From an uncultured Gammaproteobacteria bacterium (lineage in GTDB: Bacteria > Pseudomonadota > Gammaproteobacteria > Natronospirales > REEB76), in contig CAZPAO010000001.1 in the NCBI GenBank assembly GCA_964584665.1, positions 83,681 to 147,680 of the forward strand: DNA of 64,000 nt, given 5' to 3'. Made by a program: the position numbers and the translations under genes. Under the pieces are notes generated by a model. That model searched no databases and had not been told where the DNA came from. It saw nothing but the letters and a program-made list of their open reading frames with translations. Shown one piece after another: positions 27,014-36,503 of the stretch. The first letter of the stretch is position 1. Every line of letters starts with the position of its first letter.

Positions 27014-28701
27014 TCGCGCCGGGCTGCCACAGCGAGGCGGCGGTCGCCGCCTCGCCCACGCAGCCTGCGCATCACAGCCCGGTTCCGCCGCAGGCGTACG
27101 TCGACGCCCGCTACGTGAAGCCCCAGGGCAAGACCGTCACGGTCGCGTCCGGCGGCGACCTGCAGGCGGCGCTGGATGCCGCCAAGCCCGGTGACACCCT
27201 CGTGCTGCAGCCAGGCGCCGTCTACAGCGGCGGCTTCACGCTGCCCGCAAAGCCGGAGGACACGAGCGGTTGGATCACCATCGAGTCCGCCGCCGTGGCC
27301 CAGGGCCAGCTGCCACCCGGGACGCGGGTGGATCCGGACGATGCGGCGCGCATGCCCAAGCTCGAAGCTTCGAGCGGGCCGGTGCTGCGCACCGACCCCG
27401 GCGCGCACCATTACCGTTTCATCGGCATTGAACTCAGGCCCGGCCCGGCCAAGTCCGGCAGCGCGCTCGGCTGGCTGAAGAACCTGGGTGGTTCGGGCAA
27501 GGATGCGCCGAAGACCGCATTCCTCGAGAACCTGGTGGTATTGGGCAACGGCGACACCAAACTGGACACGCTACCCCATCACTTCATCTTCGACCGCTGC
27601 TACCTGCATGGCGACCCGGTGGTCGGAGCCAAGCGCGGCATCGCGCTGAACGCACGCAACGCCGCGGTCATCGATTCCTACTTCGCCGACTTCAAGAAGG
27701 TGGGGGAGGACAGCCAGGCTATCGCGGCCTGGAACAGCCCAGGCCCGTTCATGATCGTGGACAACTACCTGGAGGCGGCGGGCGAGAACGTGATGTTCGG
27801 CGGGACCGACCCCACCATCCAGGGCGTGGTGCCTTCGGACATCGAAGTGCGCGGCAACCACTTCACCAAGGATCCAGCCTGGCGTGCGGATGCACCGGGC
27901 TACCAGGGCGCCACCTGGAGCATCAAGAACATCTTCGAGCTCAAGAACGCCCAGCGCGTGCTCGTGGAAGGCAACCTGTTCGAGTACAACTGGGCCCAGG
28001 CCCAGGATGGCTTTTCCATCCTGTTCACGGTACGGGACCAGGACGGCACGGCTCCCTGGTCGGTGGTGCAGGACGTGACCTTCAAGGACAACGTGGTCCG
28101 CCACGTCGCCAACGGGGTCAACATCCTCGGTTACGACAACAACCACCCCAGCCAGCAGACCCAGCGCATCCTGGTGGCCAATAACCTGTTCGAGGATGTG
28201 GGCGGTCCTTGGGGCCAGGGTGTATTGCTGCTGATGGGCGACGGCAGCCGCGACGTGACCTTCACCCATAACACCGCAATCCAGACCGGCACCATCGTGT
28301 TCAGCGACGGGCGCGCCGACGAGGGGTTCAGCTACACCGACAACATCGCCCTGCACAACCGCTACGGCATCATCGGCACCAACAAGGGCGTGGGTGTATC
28401 GACCATCTCCGCCTATTTCCCCGATGCCAGGCTACGCCGGAACGTGATCATAGGCGCGGCCTCCAACGAATATCCCTCGGACAACTTCTTCCCCAAGAGC
28501 CTGCAGGGCGTTGGTTTCGCCGGCAACGGCGACTACAGGCTCTCGGCCACCAGCGCCTATAAGTCCGAGGCGGATGACGGCGGTGACATAGGGGTTGATG
28601 CAGACGAACTCTGCATCTCCCTCAAGGCCTACGACCCGCATCTGGGGGACACGGTGGTCTCCTGCACCCCCAACAAGACTGCCGTCAACACGGAGCACTG
28701 A
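26941..28701 (+). CDS. Secreted (possibly lipoprotein) right-handed parallel beta-helix protein; candidate polysaccharide lyase, epimerase or hydrolase
   Basis: Signal peptide with LIAPGC (atypical lipobox). Beta-helix-type repeats include GDTLVLQPGAVYSGGFTL, NARNAAVIDSYF, DNYLEAAGENVMFGG and VTFKDNVVRHVANGVNI. Confidence 0.6.
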   Translation: MPSTVIFRTLYAGLLASGVAGPLLIAPGCHSEAAVAASPTQPAHHSPVPPQAYVDARYVKPQGKTVTVASGGDLQAALDAAKPGDTLVLQPGAVYSGGFTLPAKPEDTSGWITIESAAVAQGQLPPGTRVDPDDAARMPKLEASSGPVLRTDPGAHHYRFIGIELRPGPAKSGSALGWLKNLGGSGKDAPKTAFLENLVVLGNGDTKLDTLPHHFIFDRCYLHGDPVVGAKRGIALNARNAAVIDSYFADFKKVGEDSQAIAAWNSPGPFMIVDNYLEAAGENVMFGGTDPTIQGVVPSDIEVRGNHFTKDPAWRADAPGYQGATWSIKNIFELKNAQRVLVEGNLFEYNWAQAQDGFSILFTVRDQDGTAPWSVVQDVTFKDNVVRHVANGVNILGYDNNHPSQQTQRILVANNLFEDVGGPWGQGVLLLMGDGSRDVTFTHNTAIQTGTIVFSDGRADEGFSYTDNIALHNRYGIIGTNKGVGVSTISAYFPDARLRRNVIIGAASNEYPSDNFFPKSLQGVGFAGNGDYRLSATSAYKSEADDGGDIGVDADELCISLKAYDPHLGDTVVSCTPNKTAVNTEH

Positions 28702-28702
28702 G

Positions 28703-29869
28703 ATGACCGGCTTCATGGCATACGCGTCCCTCTGCTTCTGGATATCGATGATGCTGCTGTCCTACACCTACGTGGGCTATCCGCTGCTGATCCGGCTGTG
28801 GGGTGGCTTGAAGCGGCGCGAGCCCGTGACCGGCTGGATGCAGCCCAAGGTCACGCTGGTGGTGGTGGCATACAACGAATCGCGCCGCATCAAGCAGCGC
28901 CTGGAGAACTTCCTCGACCTGGACTATCCCTGGGACCACATGGAGGTGATCGTGGCCTCGGATGGTTCCACCGACGGCACCGCCGCCAAGGCCCGGGCCT
29001 ACGCCTCGGAGCAGGTGACGGTGGTGGAGTTCAAGCAGCGGCGCGGCAAGAGCGCCGTTCTGAACGACGTTATGCGCATGGCCAGCGGCGAGATCGTGGT
29101 GCTGGCGGACGCGCGCCAGAAGTTCGAGACCGGCGCGCTCAAGGCGCTGGTGGCCTGCTTCGCCGATCCCAAGGTGGGGGCGGTCAGCGGCGAACTCGTG
29201 CTGCTGGACAGCACCGGGCGCGGCTCCGAAGTGGGGAAGGGCGTGGATTTCTACTGGCGCTACGAGAAGTTCATGCGTCTGCACGAGAGCCGCATCGACT
29301 CCACCGTGGGCGTGACCGGGGCCATCTACGCCTTGCGGCGCAAGTTGTTCCAGCCCATCCCTGAGTCGTTGATCCTGGACGACGTGCTCATCCCCATGCA
29401 GGCGGTGCGGCAGGGTTACCGGGTCCTGTTCGAACCCCGCGCCCGGGCCTATGACTGGGTCGCCACCAACGCGCAGCAGGAGTTCACCCGCAAGCTGCGC
29501 ACCATCGCCGGCAATTACCAGCTCTTCTTCCTCAAGCCCTGGCTGCTGAACCCTTTCATGAACCGGCTTTGGCTGCAGACCGTGTCCCACAAGCTGTTCC
29601 GGCTCTTGAGCCCGATCTGCCTGGTGCTGGCGTTCGTCGCCAGCCTGGCATTGGCGCGGGACGCGGGCATCTTCCGCGCCTTGTTCGTGCTGCAGCTCTT
29701 GTTCTACGGGGCCGCGGCCCTGGGTTACTTCACGCGTCACGCGGCGCGCAAGCCTTTCTTCCTCAACATCCCTTATGCCTTCTGCCTGCTCAACTGGGCC
29801 ACGGTGATGGCGCTCGTCCATCTCCTGAATGGCCGGCAGCAGGTCACCTGGGAACGTACCGCCGGTTGA
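28703..29869 (+). CDS. Glycosyltransferase family 2, membrane-bound
   Basis: N-terminal TM helix, GT-A core VVVAYNE...VASDGSTDGT...VLADARQ, and C-terminal TM helices. Confidence 0.8.
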   Translation: MTGFMAYASLCFWISMMLLSYTYVGYPLLIRLWGGLKRREPVTGWMQPKVTLVVVAYNESRRIKQRLENFLDLDYPWDHMEVIVASDGSTDGTAAKARAYASEQVTVVEFKQRRGKSAVLNDVMRMASGEIVVLADARQKFETGALKALVACFADPKVGAVSGELVLLDSTGRGSEVGKGVDFYWRYEKFMRLHESRIDSTVGVTGAIYALRRKLFQPIPESLILDDVLIPMQAVRQGYRVLFEPRARAYDWVATNAQQEFTRKLRTIAGNYQLFFLKPWLLNPFMNRLWLQTVSHKLFRLLSPICLVLAFVASLALARDAGIFRALFVLQLLFYGAAALGYFTRHAARKPFFLNIPYAFCLLNWATVMALVHLLNGRQQVTWERTAG

Positions 29870-29890
29870 TCCCGGCGCTGGAGAACGCAC

Positions 29891-31717
29891 ATGTGTGGGA
29901 TCGTGGGAGCCGTGGGCAGCCGTAACGTGGTGCCTATGTTGATCGAGGGCCTGCAGAGGCTCGAGTACCGCGGCTATGACTCCGCGGGCATCGCCGTGGT
30001 CAACGGCAGCATCAAGCGGGTTCGCAGCGTCGGCCGCGTGGCGGAGATGCAGAGCAAGGCCAACGCCACCCAGCTCGCGGGCGTCACCGGCATCGGACAT
30101 ACCCGCTGGGCCACCCATGGCGGCGTCACCGAGCCGAACGCCCATCCCCACATCTCGCGCGGCGAGATCGCGGTGGTGCACAACGGCATCATCGAGAACC
30201 ATGAGGAACACCGGGCCCGCCTCATGGGCCTCGGCTATACCTTCGAGTCCCAGACCGATACCGAGGTCATCGCCCACCTCATCCATCATCACCTGCAGCA
30301 GCACGGCGACCTGTTCCGGGCTACCCAGGAGACCGCCCGGGAGCTGATCGGCGCCTATGCCATCGGCGTGCTCTCCCTCAAGAACCCGGACGTGGTCACC
30401 GGCGCCCGCATGGGCTGTCCCTTGCTGGTGGGCCTGGGGGAGGGGGAGAACTTCCTCGCCTCCGACGTCTCAGCGGTGCTCTCGGCGACGCGCCGGGTGC
30501 TGTACCTCGAAGACGGCGACGTGGTGGAACTGCGTGGCCAGAGGGTCACGGTCACGGACCGCAACGGCCAGAAGGTGGAACGCCTGCCGCGGGTGAGCGA
30601 CGTCTCCCTCGCCAACATGGATCTCGGCAGCCACCAGCACTACATGCAGAAGGAGATCCACGAGCAGCCGGCCGTGCTCGCCGACACGCTGCGGCCGCTG
30701 GTGGAGGAAGGCTTCACGCCAGCCCTGTTTGGCCTTCGCGCCGATGAGGTATTCCGCGACGTGGATGCGGTGCTGATCCTCGCTGCCGGCACAAGCTACT
30801 ACGCCGGCCTCACCGCCAAGTACTGGCTGGAGGGCGTGGCGGGCATCCCCACCTCAGTGGAGATCGCCAGCGAATACCGCTACCGGGAATCGGTGGCCCG
30901 CCCCCGCCAGCTCGTGGTCACCATCTCCCAATCCGGCGAGACCCTGGACACCCTGGAAGCCCTGAAGCACGCCAAGGCCATGGGCCACGAGAAGACCCTG
31001 TCCATCTGCAACGTGCCTGAGAGCGCCATCCCGCGCGCTTCGGAACTGGTCTTCTACACCCGGGCCGGCGCCGAGATCGGCGTCGCTTCCACTAAGGCCT
31101 TCACCACCCAGCTCATCGCGCTGTTCGGCCTGGCTGGCACCCTCGCCAAGCTCAACGGCCGCCTGTCGGCCGCCAAGGAACAGGACTACATCGCGAGCCT
31201 GCGCCGTCTCACGGAGTGCGTGCAGCACGCCCTCAACCTGGAGCCGCAGATACAGGCCTGGGCCGCGCGCTTCGCCGAACGGGACCATGCGCTGTTCCTG
31301 GGCAGGGGCGTGCACTACCCCATCGCTCTGGAAGGCGCGCTGAAGCTCAAAGAGATCTCGTATATCCACGCCGAGGCGTATCCCGCGGGCGAACTGAAGC
31401 ACGGCCCCCTGGCGCTCGTGGATAGCGACATGCCGGTGGTGGTGATCGCGCCCAACGACTCGCTGCTGGAGAAGGTGAAGTCGAACATGCAGGAAGTGCG
31501 CGCCCGCGGCGGCGAGCTCTTCGTGTTCGCGGACCAGGATAGCCAGTTCACCGAGAGCGAGGGCGTGCACGTGATCCGCACGCCGCGCCATGCCGGCATC
31601 CTCTCGCCCATCGTGCATGCCATACCGGTGCAGCTCCTGGCCTACCACACGGCCCTGCAGCGCGGCACCGACGTGGACAAGCCCCGTAACCTCGCCAAAT
31701 CGGTGACCGTCGAATGA
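29891..31717 (+). CDS. glmS: Glutamine--fructose-6-phosphate aminotransferase (isomerising)
   Basis: MCGIVGAV N-terminus, two SIS domains and the canonical C-terminus [12 protein letters not shown]. 608 aa. Confidence 0.95.
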   Translation: MCGIVGAVGSRNVVPMLIEGLQRLEYRGYDSAGIAVVNGSIKRVRSVGRVAEMQSKANATQLAGVTGIGHTRWATHGGVTEPNAHPHISRGEIAVVHNGIIENHEEHRARLMGLGYTFESQTDTEVIAHLIHHHLQQHGDLFRATQETARELIGAYAIGVLSLKNPDVVTGARMGCPLLVGLGEGENFLASDVSAVLSATRRVLYLEDGDVVELRGQRVTVTDRNGQKVERLPRVSDVSLANMDLGSHQHYMQKEIHEQPAVLADTLRPLVEEGFTPALFGLRADEVFRDVDAVLILAAGTSYYAGLTAKYWLEGVAGIPTSVEIASEYRYRESVARPRQLVVTISQSGETLDTLEALKHAKAMGHEKTLSICNVPESAIPRASELVFYTRAGAEIGVASTKAFTTQLIALFGLAGTLAKLNGRLSAAKEQDYIASLRRLTECVQHALNLEPQIQAWAARFAERDHALFLGRGVHYPIALEGALKLKEISYIHAEAYPAGELKHGPLALVDSDMPVVVIAPNDSLLEKVKSNMQEVRARGGELFVFADQDSQFTESEGVHVIRTPRHAGILSPIVHAIPVQLLAYHTALQRGTDVDKPRNLAKSVTVE

Positions 31718-32169
31718 CCATCGAGCAACACAGCAAGTCCTACATGGACGAATACCTGGGCAAGCTGCCCGGACCGCGTCATCTGCCGTCCAATCTGGAC
31801 ACCGACAGCTTCGCCATCGAGACCGACGAACGCCCCTGGGGCCGCTGGAGCCTCCTGCATGAGGGGCCAGGCTACAAAGTGAAGCTCATCGAGGTGCACC
31901 CCGGCCGGCGCCTGAGCCTGCAGTACCACCACCACCGCAGCGAGCTCTGGACCTGCGTGGGCGGCGTGGCCAGTGCGCTGGTGGGCGAGCGGCTGCTGGA
32001 ACTGAAGCCCCGCGAATCCGTGCGCATCGGTCTCGGCGAGGTCCACCGTCTCGGCAACGCCGGCCACGAGCCCGTGTTCATCGTCGAGGTGCAGCAGGGC
32101 GAGATCCTGCGCGAGGACGACATCGTGCGCCTCGAAGACGACTACCAGCGGGCGGGCACCACGCGCTGA
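31714..32169 (+). CDS. Stand-alone cupin, type II phosphomannose-isomerase C-terminal-domain-like
   Basis: [38 protein letters not shown] resembles the cupin domain of bifunctional ManC/AlgA/XanB. ATGA overlap with the glmS stop. Confidence 0.7.
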   Translation: MTIEQHSKSYMDEYLGKLPGPRHLPSNLDTDSFAIETDERPWGRWSLLHEGPGYKVKLIEVHPGRRLSLQYHHHRSELWTCVGGVASALVGERLLELKPRESVRIGLGEVHRLGNAGHEPVFIVEVQQGEILREDDIVRLEDDYQRAGTTR

Positions 32170-32257
32170 ACCGCCCCGAGTCCCCAAGGACAGCATCCAT
32201 CACTCGCGTGCACGCACGCGGGCTCAAGCCCTACGCATCATAAATGAGGTGATTGCC

Positions 32258-33250
32258 ATGAAATGTCTAGTGACAGGCGGTGCCGGATTCATCGGCTCGC
32301 ACCTGACCCGCGGCTTGCTCCACCAGGGGCACGACGTGTGGGTGCTCGATAATCTCTCCACCGGCAAGCGCGAGAACATCGAGAGCCTGCCCATCGAGTT
32401 CATCGAAGGCGACGTGCGCGACCGTGAGACGGTGCGCAAGGCCGTGCAGGGCATGGACTATGTGTTCCACCTGGCGGCCCTGGCCTCCGTGGGCCGATCC
32501 CTGAAGGACCCCCTCGCCACCCACGCGGTGAACGAGACCGGCACGCTCACGGTGCTGGATGCGAGCCACAAGGCAGGGGTGAAGCGGGTGGTGTTCGCCG
32601 CTTCCTCCTCGGCCTACGGCAACGCGGTGGCCCTGCCCAAGCGCGAGGATGCCACTCCGGATCCCCTCTCGCCCTATGCCGTCTCGAAACTCACCGGCGA
32701 GCACTATTGCAAGGTGTATTGGCAGGCCTTCGGCCTGGAGACCGCCTGCGTGCGCTACTTCAACGTCTTCGGCCCGCGCCAGGACCCGGAGTCGGAATAT
32801 GCCGCGGTGATCCCGCGCTTCATCGACACTGCCCTGAACGGCGGCTCGCCGGTGATCTATGGCGACGGCACCCAGTCCCGTGACTTCACCTACGTGGCGA
32901 ACGCGGTGCAGGCCACCATCGCCGCCGCCACCGCGCCGGAAGCGGCGGGGCAGGTGTTCAACGTGGCCTGCGGCGAGCGCCGCAGCCTGCTGGACCTCGT
33001 CGACATGCTGGAGGACCTCCTGGGGGACCGTATCGTCCCGCAGTTCGAGGCTCCCCGCACCGGTGACGTGAAGCACTCGCAGGCTTCCATCGAGAAGGCC
33101 CAGAAGTACCTGGGCTACGCGCCCGAGGTGCCGTTCAAGGAAGGCCTCAAGGAGACCGTCGACTGGTACCGCAAGTGGCTGGCCCTGGAGCAGTACCAGG
33201 CCCGCGCCCCGCATCTGCAAAGTATCCCGGGCCTGGCCGCTCAGCCGTAA
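32258..33250 (+). CDS. NAD-dependent sugar-nucleotide epimerase/dehydratase (extended SDR; UDP-hexose / UDP-HexNAc(A) 4-epimerase-like)
   Basis: VTGGAGFIGSHL NAD loop and the catalytic YAVSK motif. ATG 32258 sits 9 nt after GAGG. The ORF track shows a GTG at 32249. Confidence 0.85.
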   Translation: MKCLVTGGAGFIGSHLTRGLLHQGHDVWVLDNLSTGKRENIESLPIEFIEGDVRDRETVRKAVQGMDYVFHLAALASVGRSLKDPLATHAVNETGTLTVLDASHKAGVKRVVFAASSSAYGNAVALPKREDATPDPLSPYAVSKLTGEHYCKVYWQAFGLETACVRYFNVFGPRQDPESEYAAVIPRFIDTALNGGSPVIYGDGTQSRDFTYVANAVQATIAAATAPEAAGQVFNVACGERRSLLDLVDMLEDLLGDRIVPQFEAPRTGDVKHSQASIEKAQKYLGYAPEVPFKEGLKETVDWYRKWLALEQYQARAPHLQSIPGLAAQP

Positions 33251-33290
33251 CCTGGAGATATCGGGGACCGCAGAAGTCCCCCAGCCCTGA

Positions 33291-33326
33291 CCGGCCGCCG
33301 GAACTGTCCGGCGGCCGGTTTTTTTT
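33291..33326. terminator. Rho-independent terminator between the convergent EPS locus and the 1,025-aa protein gene
   Basis: Stem CCGGCCGCCG / CGGCGGCCGG with loop GAACTGT, followed by T8 on the plus strand. Confidence 0.85.
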
Positions 33327-33328
33327 GC

Positions 33329-36300
33329 CTATTGGGTCTTGATGAGGGCGTCGGTGACGGTGCCGCCCAGGGTGTTCACGCTCGCCGCCGCCCGCAGGAT
33401 GGAGGCCGGCGCGGTCTTGCTGGTGTAGAACACGGTGCCGTTCTTGTAGTAGTTCACCGTGCCCGCACCCACGGCGATGCGGAACACGTCGCCGGAGGCG
33501 AACTTGGTGTCGGTCTTGTAGGCGCCTTTCTCGTGCACCTCCACGCTGCCACTCTGCAGGCGCAGGGCGTAGTCCATGTTGGCCATGCCGGGGCCGGCTG
33601 CCGGGTTCTCCAGGCCCACGCTGCGCAGGGTGTTGGTCTCCGAGACCACGAACTCCACGTAGCCGTTGCCACCCTGGGTCAGCTGCTGCTGGGAGTCAGC
33701 GATGGCATCCTCGCAGCCGTCGCAGCCGCTGGTCTTCTGCAACGAGCCGCCGTCGGCGGTCACATTGCGAAGGGCGGTCCAGGCCACGGGCAGCACCCGC
33801 GGGAAGCTGGCATAGAGCGCCGCCACCTGCGAGGCATTGAGGGCGGAGCTATAGAGCCGCACTTCGTCCACGGAGGCCGCCAGGTAGGGCTGGGTCGCGC
33901 CGGGGTAACGGGCGAAGTACAGCGAGTCGGTGCTGCTCACGGCACCGGCACGGCCGGTCCAGGCACGGCTGGTCTTGAGCACGCCATCCACATAGAGCTT
34001 GCCGCCGCTAGCGTCGACCGTGTAGGTCACCATGTGCCACTGGCCATCGTTGTAACCCGCGGTCTTCAGCGGACAGCCGCTGTCACCAACGTGATCCGCG
34101 CTGTCGCGCACATACCAGGCGCAGAGGCTGCCGTTGCTCAGGAACACCTGGTAGCCCTTGTAGGAACCGGAAGCGTACTTGTTGATGAGCGCGTGGGTGC
34201 CGCTCGTGTCGGTGGTGTTGAACCAGACCGATGCCGTAAGCGGGTAGGCATCCAGCGCCGCGACATGAGGGACGCTCGCATACTGGTCCACACCGTCGAA
34301 GTTGAGGGCATCGCCCACCACACCCTGGACCCAGACCGGGCTCTTGTGGAGGGTGGCGGTATAAGCGTGACCGGAGCTGTCGGCGGCAGTGGTGCCGGTG
34401 CCGGTGCCGGCGTCGAACTGCCAGTTGCCCAGGGGCTTCGGCAACGTGACCGAACCGCCCGCCTGGGTGGTGAAGGTCTGGTCGGACGAGACGGATTGCT
34501 GCCCCGAGGGATTGCTCGAGATCACCTGGTAGTGATACAGGGTGCCGGGTGTGAGCCCCGCCATGGCCACCGAATGTGCCGTCACCATGCCGGTGTTCAG
34601 CGTGGTGGTGCTGCCGTAGCTCTGGCTGGTGCCATAGGCGACCTGGGAGTTGGCGGACTGGTCGGTGTTCCAGCTCACGGTGGCTGAAGCTGAGCCGGTC
34701 ACGCTGGATGCGACGCCTGAGATCACCGGCGGCAACACCGCGACGTAGGTGGTCACGGAGACGGAGGCTGCCGTCGTGGTGTTCCCCGCCGCGTCGCGCG
34801 CGATGGCGCTGAGCACATGCGCGCCGATAACCTGCTTGGAGGTATCCCAGCTGATCGAATAGGGCGCCTGGGTCACTTCCGCGCCCAGGTTCACGCCATC
34901 CAGCTTAAATTGCACGCCTGCCACGCCCACGTTGTCGGCGGCATCGGCGGAGACGGTGACGCTGCCGGTGAGGGCTGCGCCCAAGAAGGGGGCGGTGAGC
35001 GTGACGCTGGGGGGCGTCGTGTCACTGCTGCTGCCGCCACCGGTCAGGAGCTGATAAGGGATCTTCACCATGAAGGCTTCCATACGGGTGCCGCCCATGT
35101 TGCTGACCCAGAAGAAGTACTGGCCGGTGGGGTCGATGTTCCCCTTCGGGTCCTTGCCGTAGTCGGTGCAACTCGGGCAAGTGGCGTTGCCGCCGGTGGC
35201 GTTGAGGTCGGTCATGACCGGAGCCACCACCAGCGCCTGCTGGGAGGCATGGGGGATGGAACTGTCCAGGCTGAAGCAGATGATCTCGTTGGCGCGGGGC
35301 GAGTTGGTGCGGTTGGCGCCGCTGCCGCAGGCGTACTGCTGGCTGATGGGCAGGGTCGGGCTCGCGTTCTCGAAGCTCACATGGGACGGAGAGAAGGCGC
35401 TCCAATCGTTATCATGGTAGGTCAGCCCTCCCGCCAAGGGGCTCGAGCCTAGGTTCCATACCCGCCAGGCATTGGCATAGTTGTTCCAGTTATCCACGGC
35501 CACGTATGTGCCATAGCCCATGTCCGAGTGGCCGCCGGCGCCGTTCTGGTCTGTAAGTACGGTCTGGGTGCCTGTCTGCAGGTCAACGAACAGGTTGTCC
35601 TCGTCGCAGCTGGCGCAGGTGTCGGAGGGTAGTTTCTCCTTGATGAGGAGGTAGCGGCCGCTCTTGTCTATCTGGCACTCGTCGAACTTGCCCTGGGCGG
35701 GATAGTAGTAGAACTGCTTGGTGCTAACCTTGTAGGCCATGCAGCCCAAGGTCGCATAAGTGCCCGCATCTTCCAGGGTGGCGGAATGGACGTCGTCATC
35801 GTTGCTGGAGTTGGTCTGCTTGATGACTGAGTTGGGGTACTGAGTGGTGGAATCGAACACGGTCTCCATGACGTGGGTCAGCACGTCATAGCGCAGGAGC
35901 TTGGAGCCGGACTGCATGTAGATCTTGGTGGGCATGCCGTAACTGAAGTACCAGCCTTCGGCGCTGTTCCAGCTGTAGGGACTGGAACTCGCGAACAGCG
36001 GGCCCACTTCGGTCAGGGCTTCCGTGGTCTTGTCGTAGCTGAACAGGGTCGGGCCCTGACCGCCGCGATTGCGATCGAGCCCGATGAAGATGTACATCGT
36101 GTTGCTGCCGGCGCTGTTGCTCATGTTGCGCCAGTAGCTGTAGATCATGTCCACGCAGTCCTGGCCGCCGCAGTCGGTGGCGGTGGTGATGCGCACGCCG
36201 CGGGTGTTGTACGGCGCCGGGAAGCTGAAGGCGCCCCGGTCCGGCAGGAAGGCGCTGGTCTGCGCCTGGGTCATCAGGGTGCGCGCGGTAGCGGTCTCAT

Positions 36301-36406
36301 CGTTCTCCAGGAAGCCGCCAGGGGCGGTGGAGGCGGCATGAGCTACGCCGGTGAGGGCCAGGGCGAAGAGCGCGAGGAGGGCGGATAAGGGTCGCCGGAT
36401 GGACAT
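33329..36406 (-). CDS. Large secreted multidomain protein: unassigned N-domain (~450 aa, possibly beta-propeller), Ig-like domain, FN3 domain, LamG/concanavalin-like domain and an unassigned C-domain
   Basis: Signal peptide MSIRRPLSALLALFALALTGVAHA. Ig-like: DNVGVAGVQFKLDGVNLG...ARDAAGN. FN3: ATVSWNTDQSANSQVAYG...GTLYHYQV. LamG: ALNFDGVDQYASVPH...DGQWHMVTYTVD...VDEVRLYSSALNASQVAAL. Confidence 0.8.
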   Translation of the reverse strand: MSIRRPLSALLALFALALTGVAHAASTAPGGFLENDETATARTLMTQAQTSAFLPDRGAFSFPAPYNTRGVRITTATDCGGQDCVDMIYSYWRNMSNSAGSNTMYIFIGLDRNRGGQGPTLFSYDKTTEALTEVGPLFASSSPYSWNSAEGWYFSYGMPTKIYMQSGSKLLRYDVLTHVMETVFDSTTQYPNSVIKQTNSSNDDDVHSATLEDAGTYATLGCMAYKVSTKQFYYYPAQGKFDECQIDKSGRYLLIKEKLPSDTCASCDEDNLFVDLQTGTQTVLTDQNGAGGHSDMGYGTYVAVDNWNNYANAWRVWNLGSSPLAGGLTYHDNDWSAFSPSHVSFENASPTLPISQQYACGSGANRTNSPRANEIICFSLDSSIPHASQQALVVAPVMTDLNATGGNATCPSCTDYGKDPKGNIDPTGQYFFWVSNMGGTRMEAFMVKIPYQLLTGGGSSSDTTPPSVTLTAPFLGAALTGSVTVSADAADNVGVAGVQFKLDGVNLGAEVTQAPYSISWDTSKQVIGAHVLSAIARDAAGNTTTAASVSVTTYVAVLPPVISGVASSVTGSASATVSWNTDQSANSQVAYGTSQSYGSTTTLNTGMVTAHSVAMAGLTPGTLYHYQVISSNPSGQQSVSSDQTFTTQAGGSVTLPKPLGNWQFDAGTGTGTTAADSSGHAYTATLHKSPVWVQGVVGDALNFDGVDQYASVPHVAALDAYPLTASVWFNTTDTSGTHALINKYASGSYKGYQVFLSNGSLCAWYVRDSADHVGDSGCPLKTAGYNDGQWHMVTYTVDASGGKLYVDGVLKTSRAWTGRAGAVSSTDSLYFARYPGATQPYLAASVDEVRLYSSALNASQVAALYASFPRVLPVAWTALRNVTADGGSLQKTSGCDGCEDAIADSQQQLTQGGNGYVEFVVSETNTLRSVGLENPAAGPGMANMDYALRLQSGSVEVHEKGAYKTDTKFASGDVFRIAVGAGTVNYYKNGTVFYTSKTAPASILRAAASVNTLGGTVTDALIKTQ

Positions 36407-36491
36407 GCTGCATAACCTCAGTAGTCATATATGTCGGATGCCCTTGCGGGCGGATGCCGACGGCCACTGGTGGTCTGTGAGCAGAGGAGCT

Positions 36492-36503
36492 GGGGTAATA
36501 CCC
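36492..36503. promoter_or_regulatory. Palindrome GGGGTAATACCC (GGGTA-A-TACCC) ~90 nt upstream of the 1,025-aa protein gene; candidate LuxR/NarL-type operator
   Basis: Read directly from the sequence. It belongs to a family of similar palindromes in neighbouring intergenic regions. Confidence 0.3.

Noticed and set aside
29870-29890. Possible glmS ribozyme or riboswitch upstream of glmS.
   Set aside because: Only 21 nt separate glmS from the upstream GT2 gene. There is no room for the ~170-nt ribozyme, which is in any case characteristic of Gram-positive bacteria.
32206-32215. Perfect 10-bp palindrome GCGTGCACGC in the 89-bp gap before the epimerase gene.
   Set aside because: It is a single occurrence, GC-rich and short. 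I cannot distinguish it from chance in this composition.
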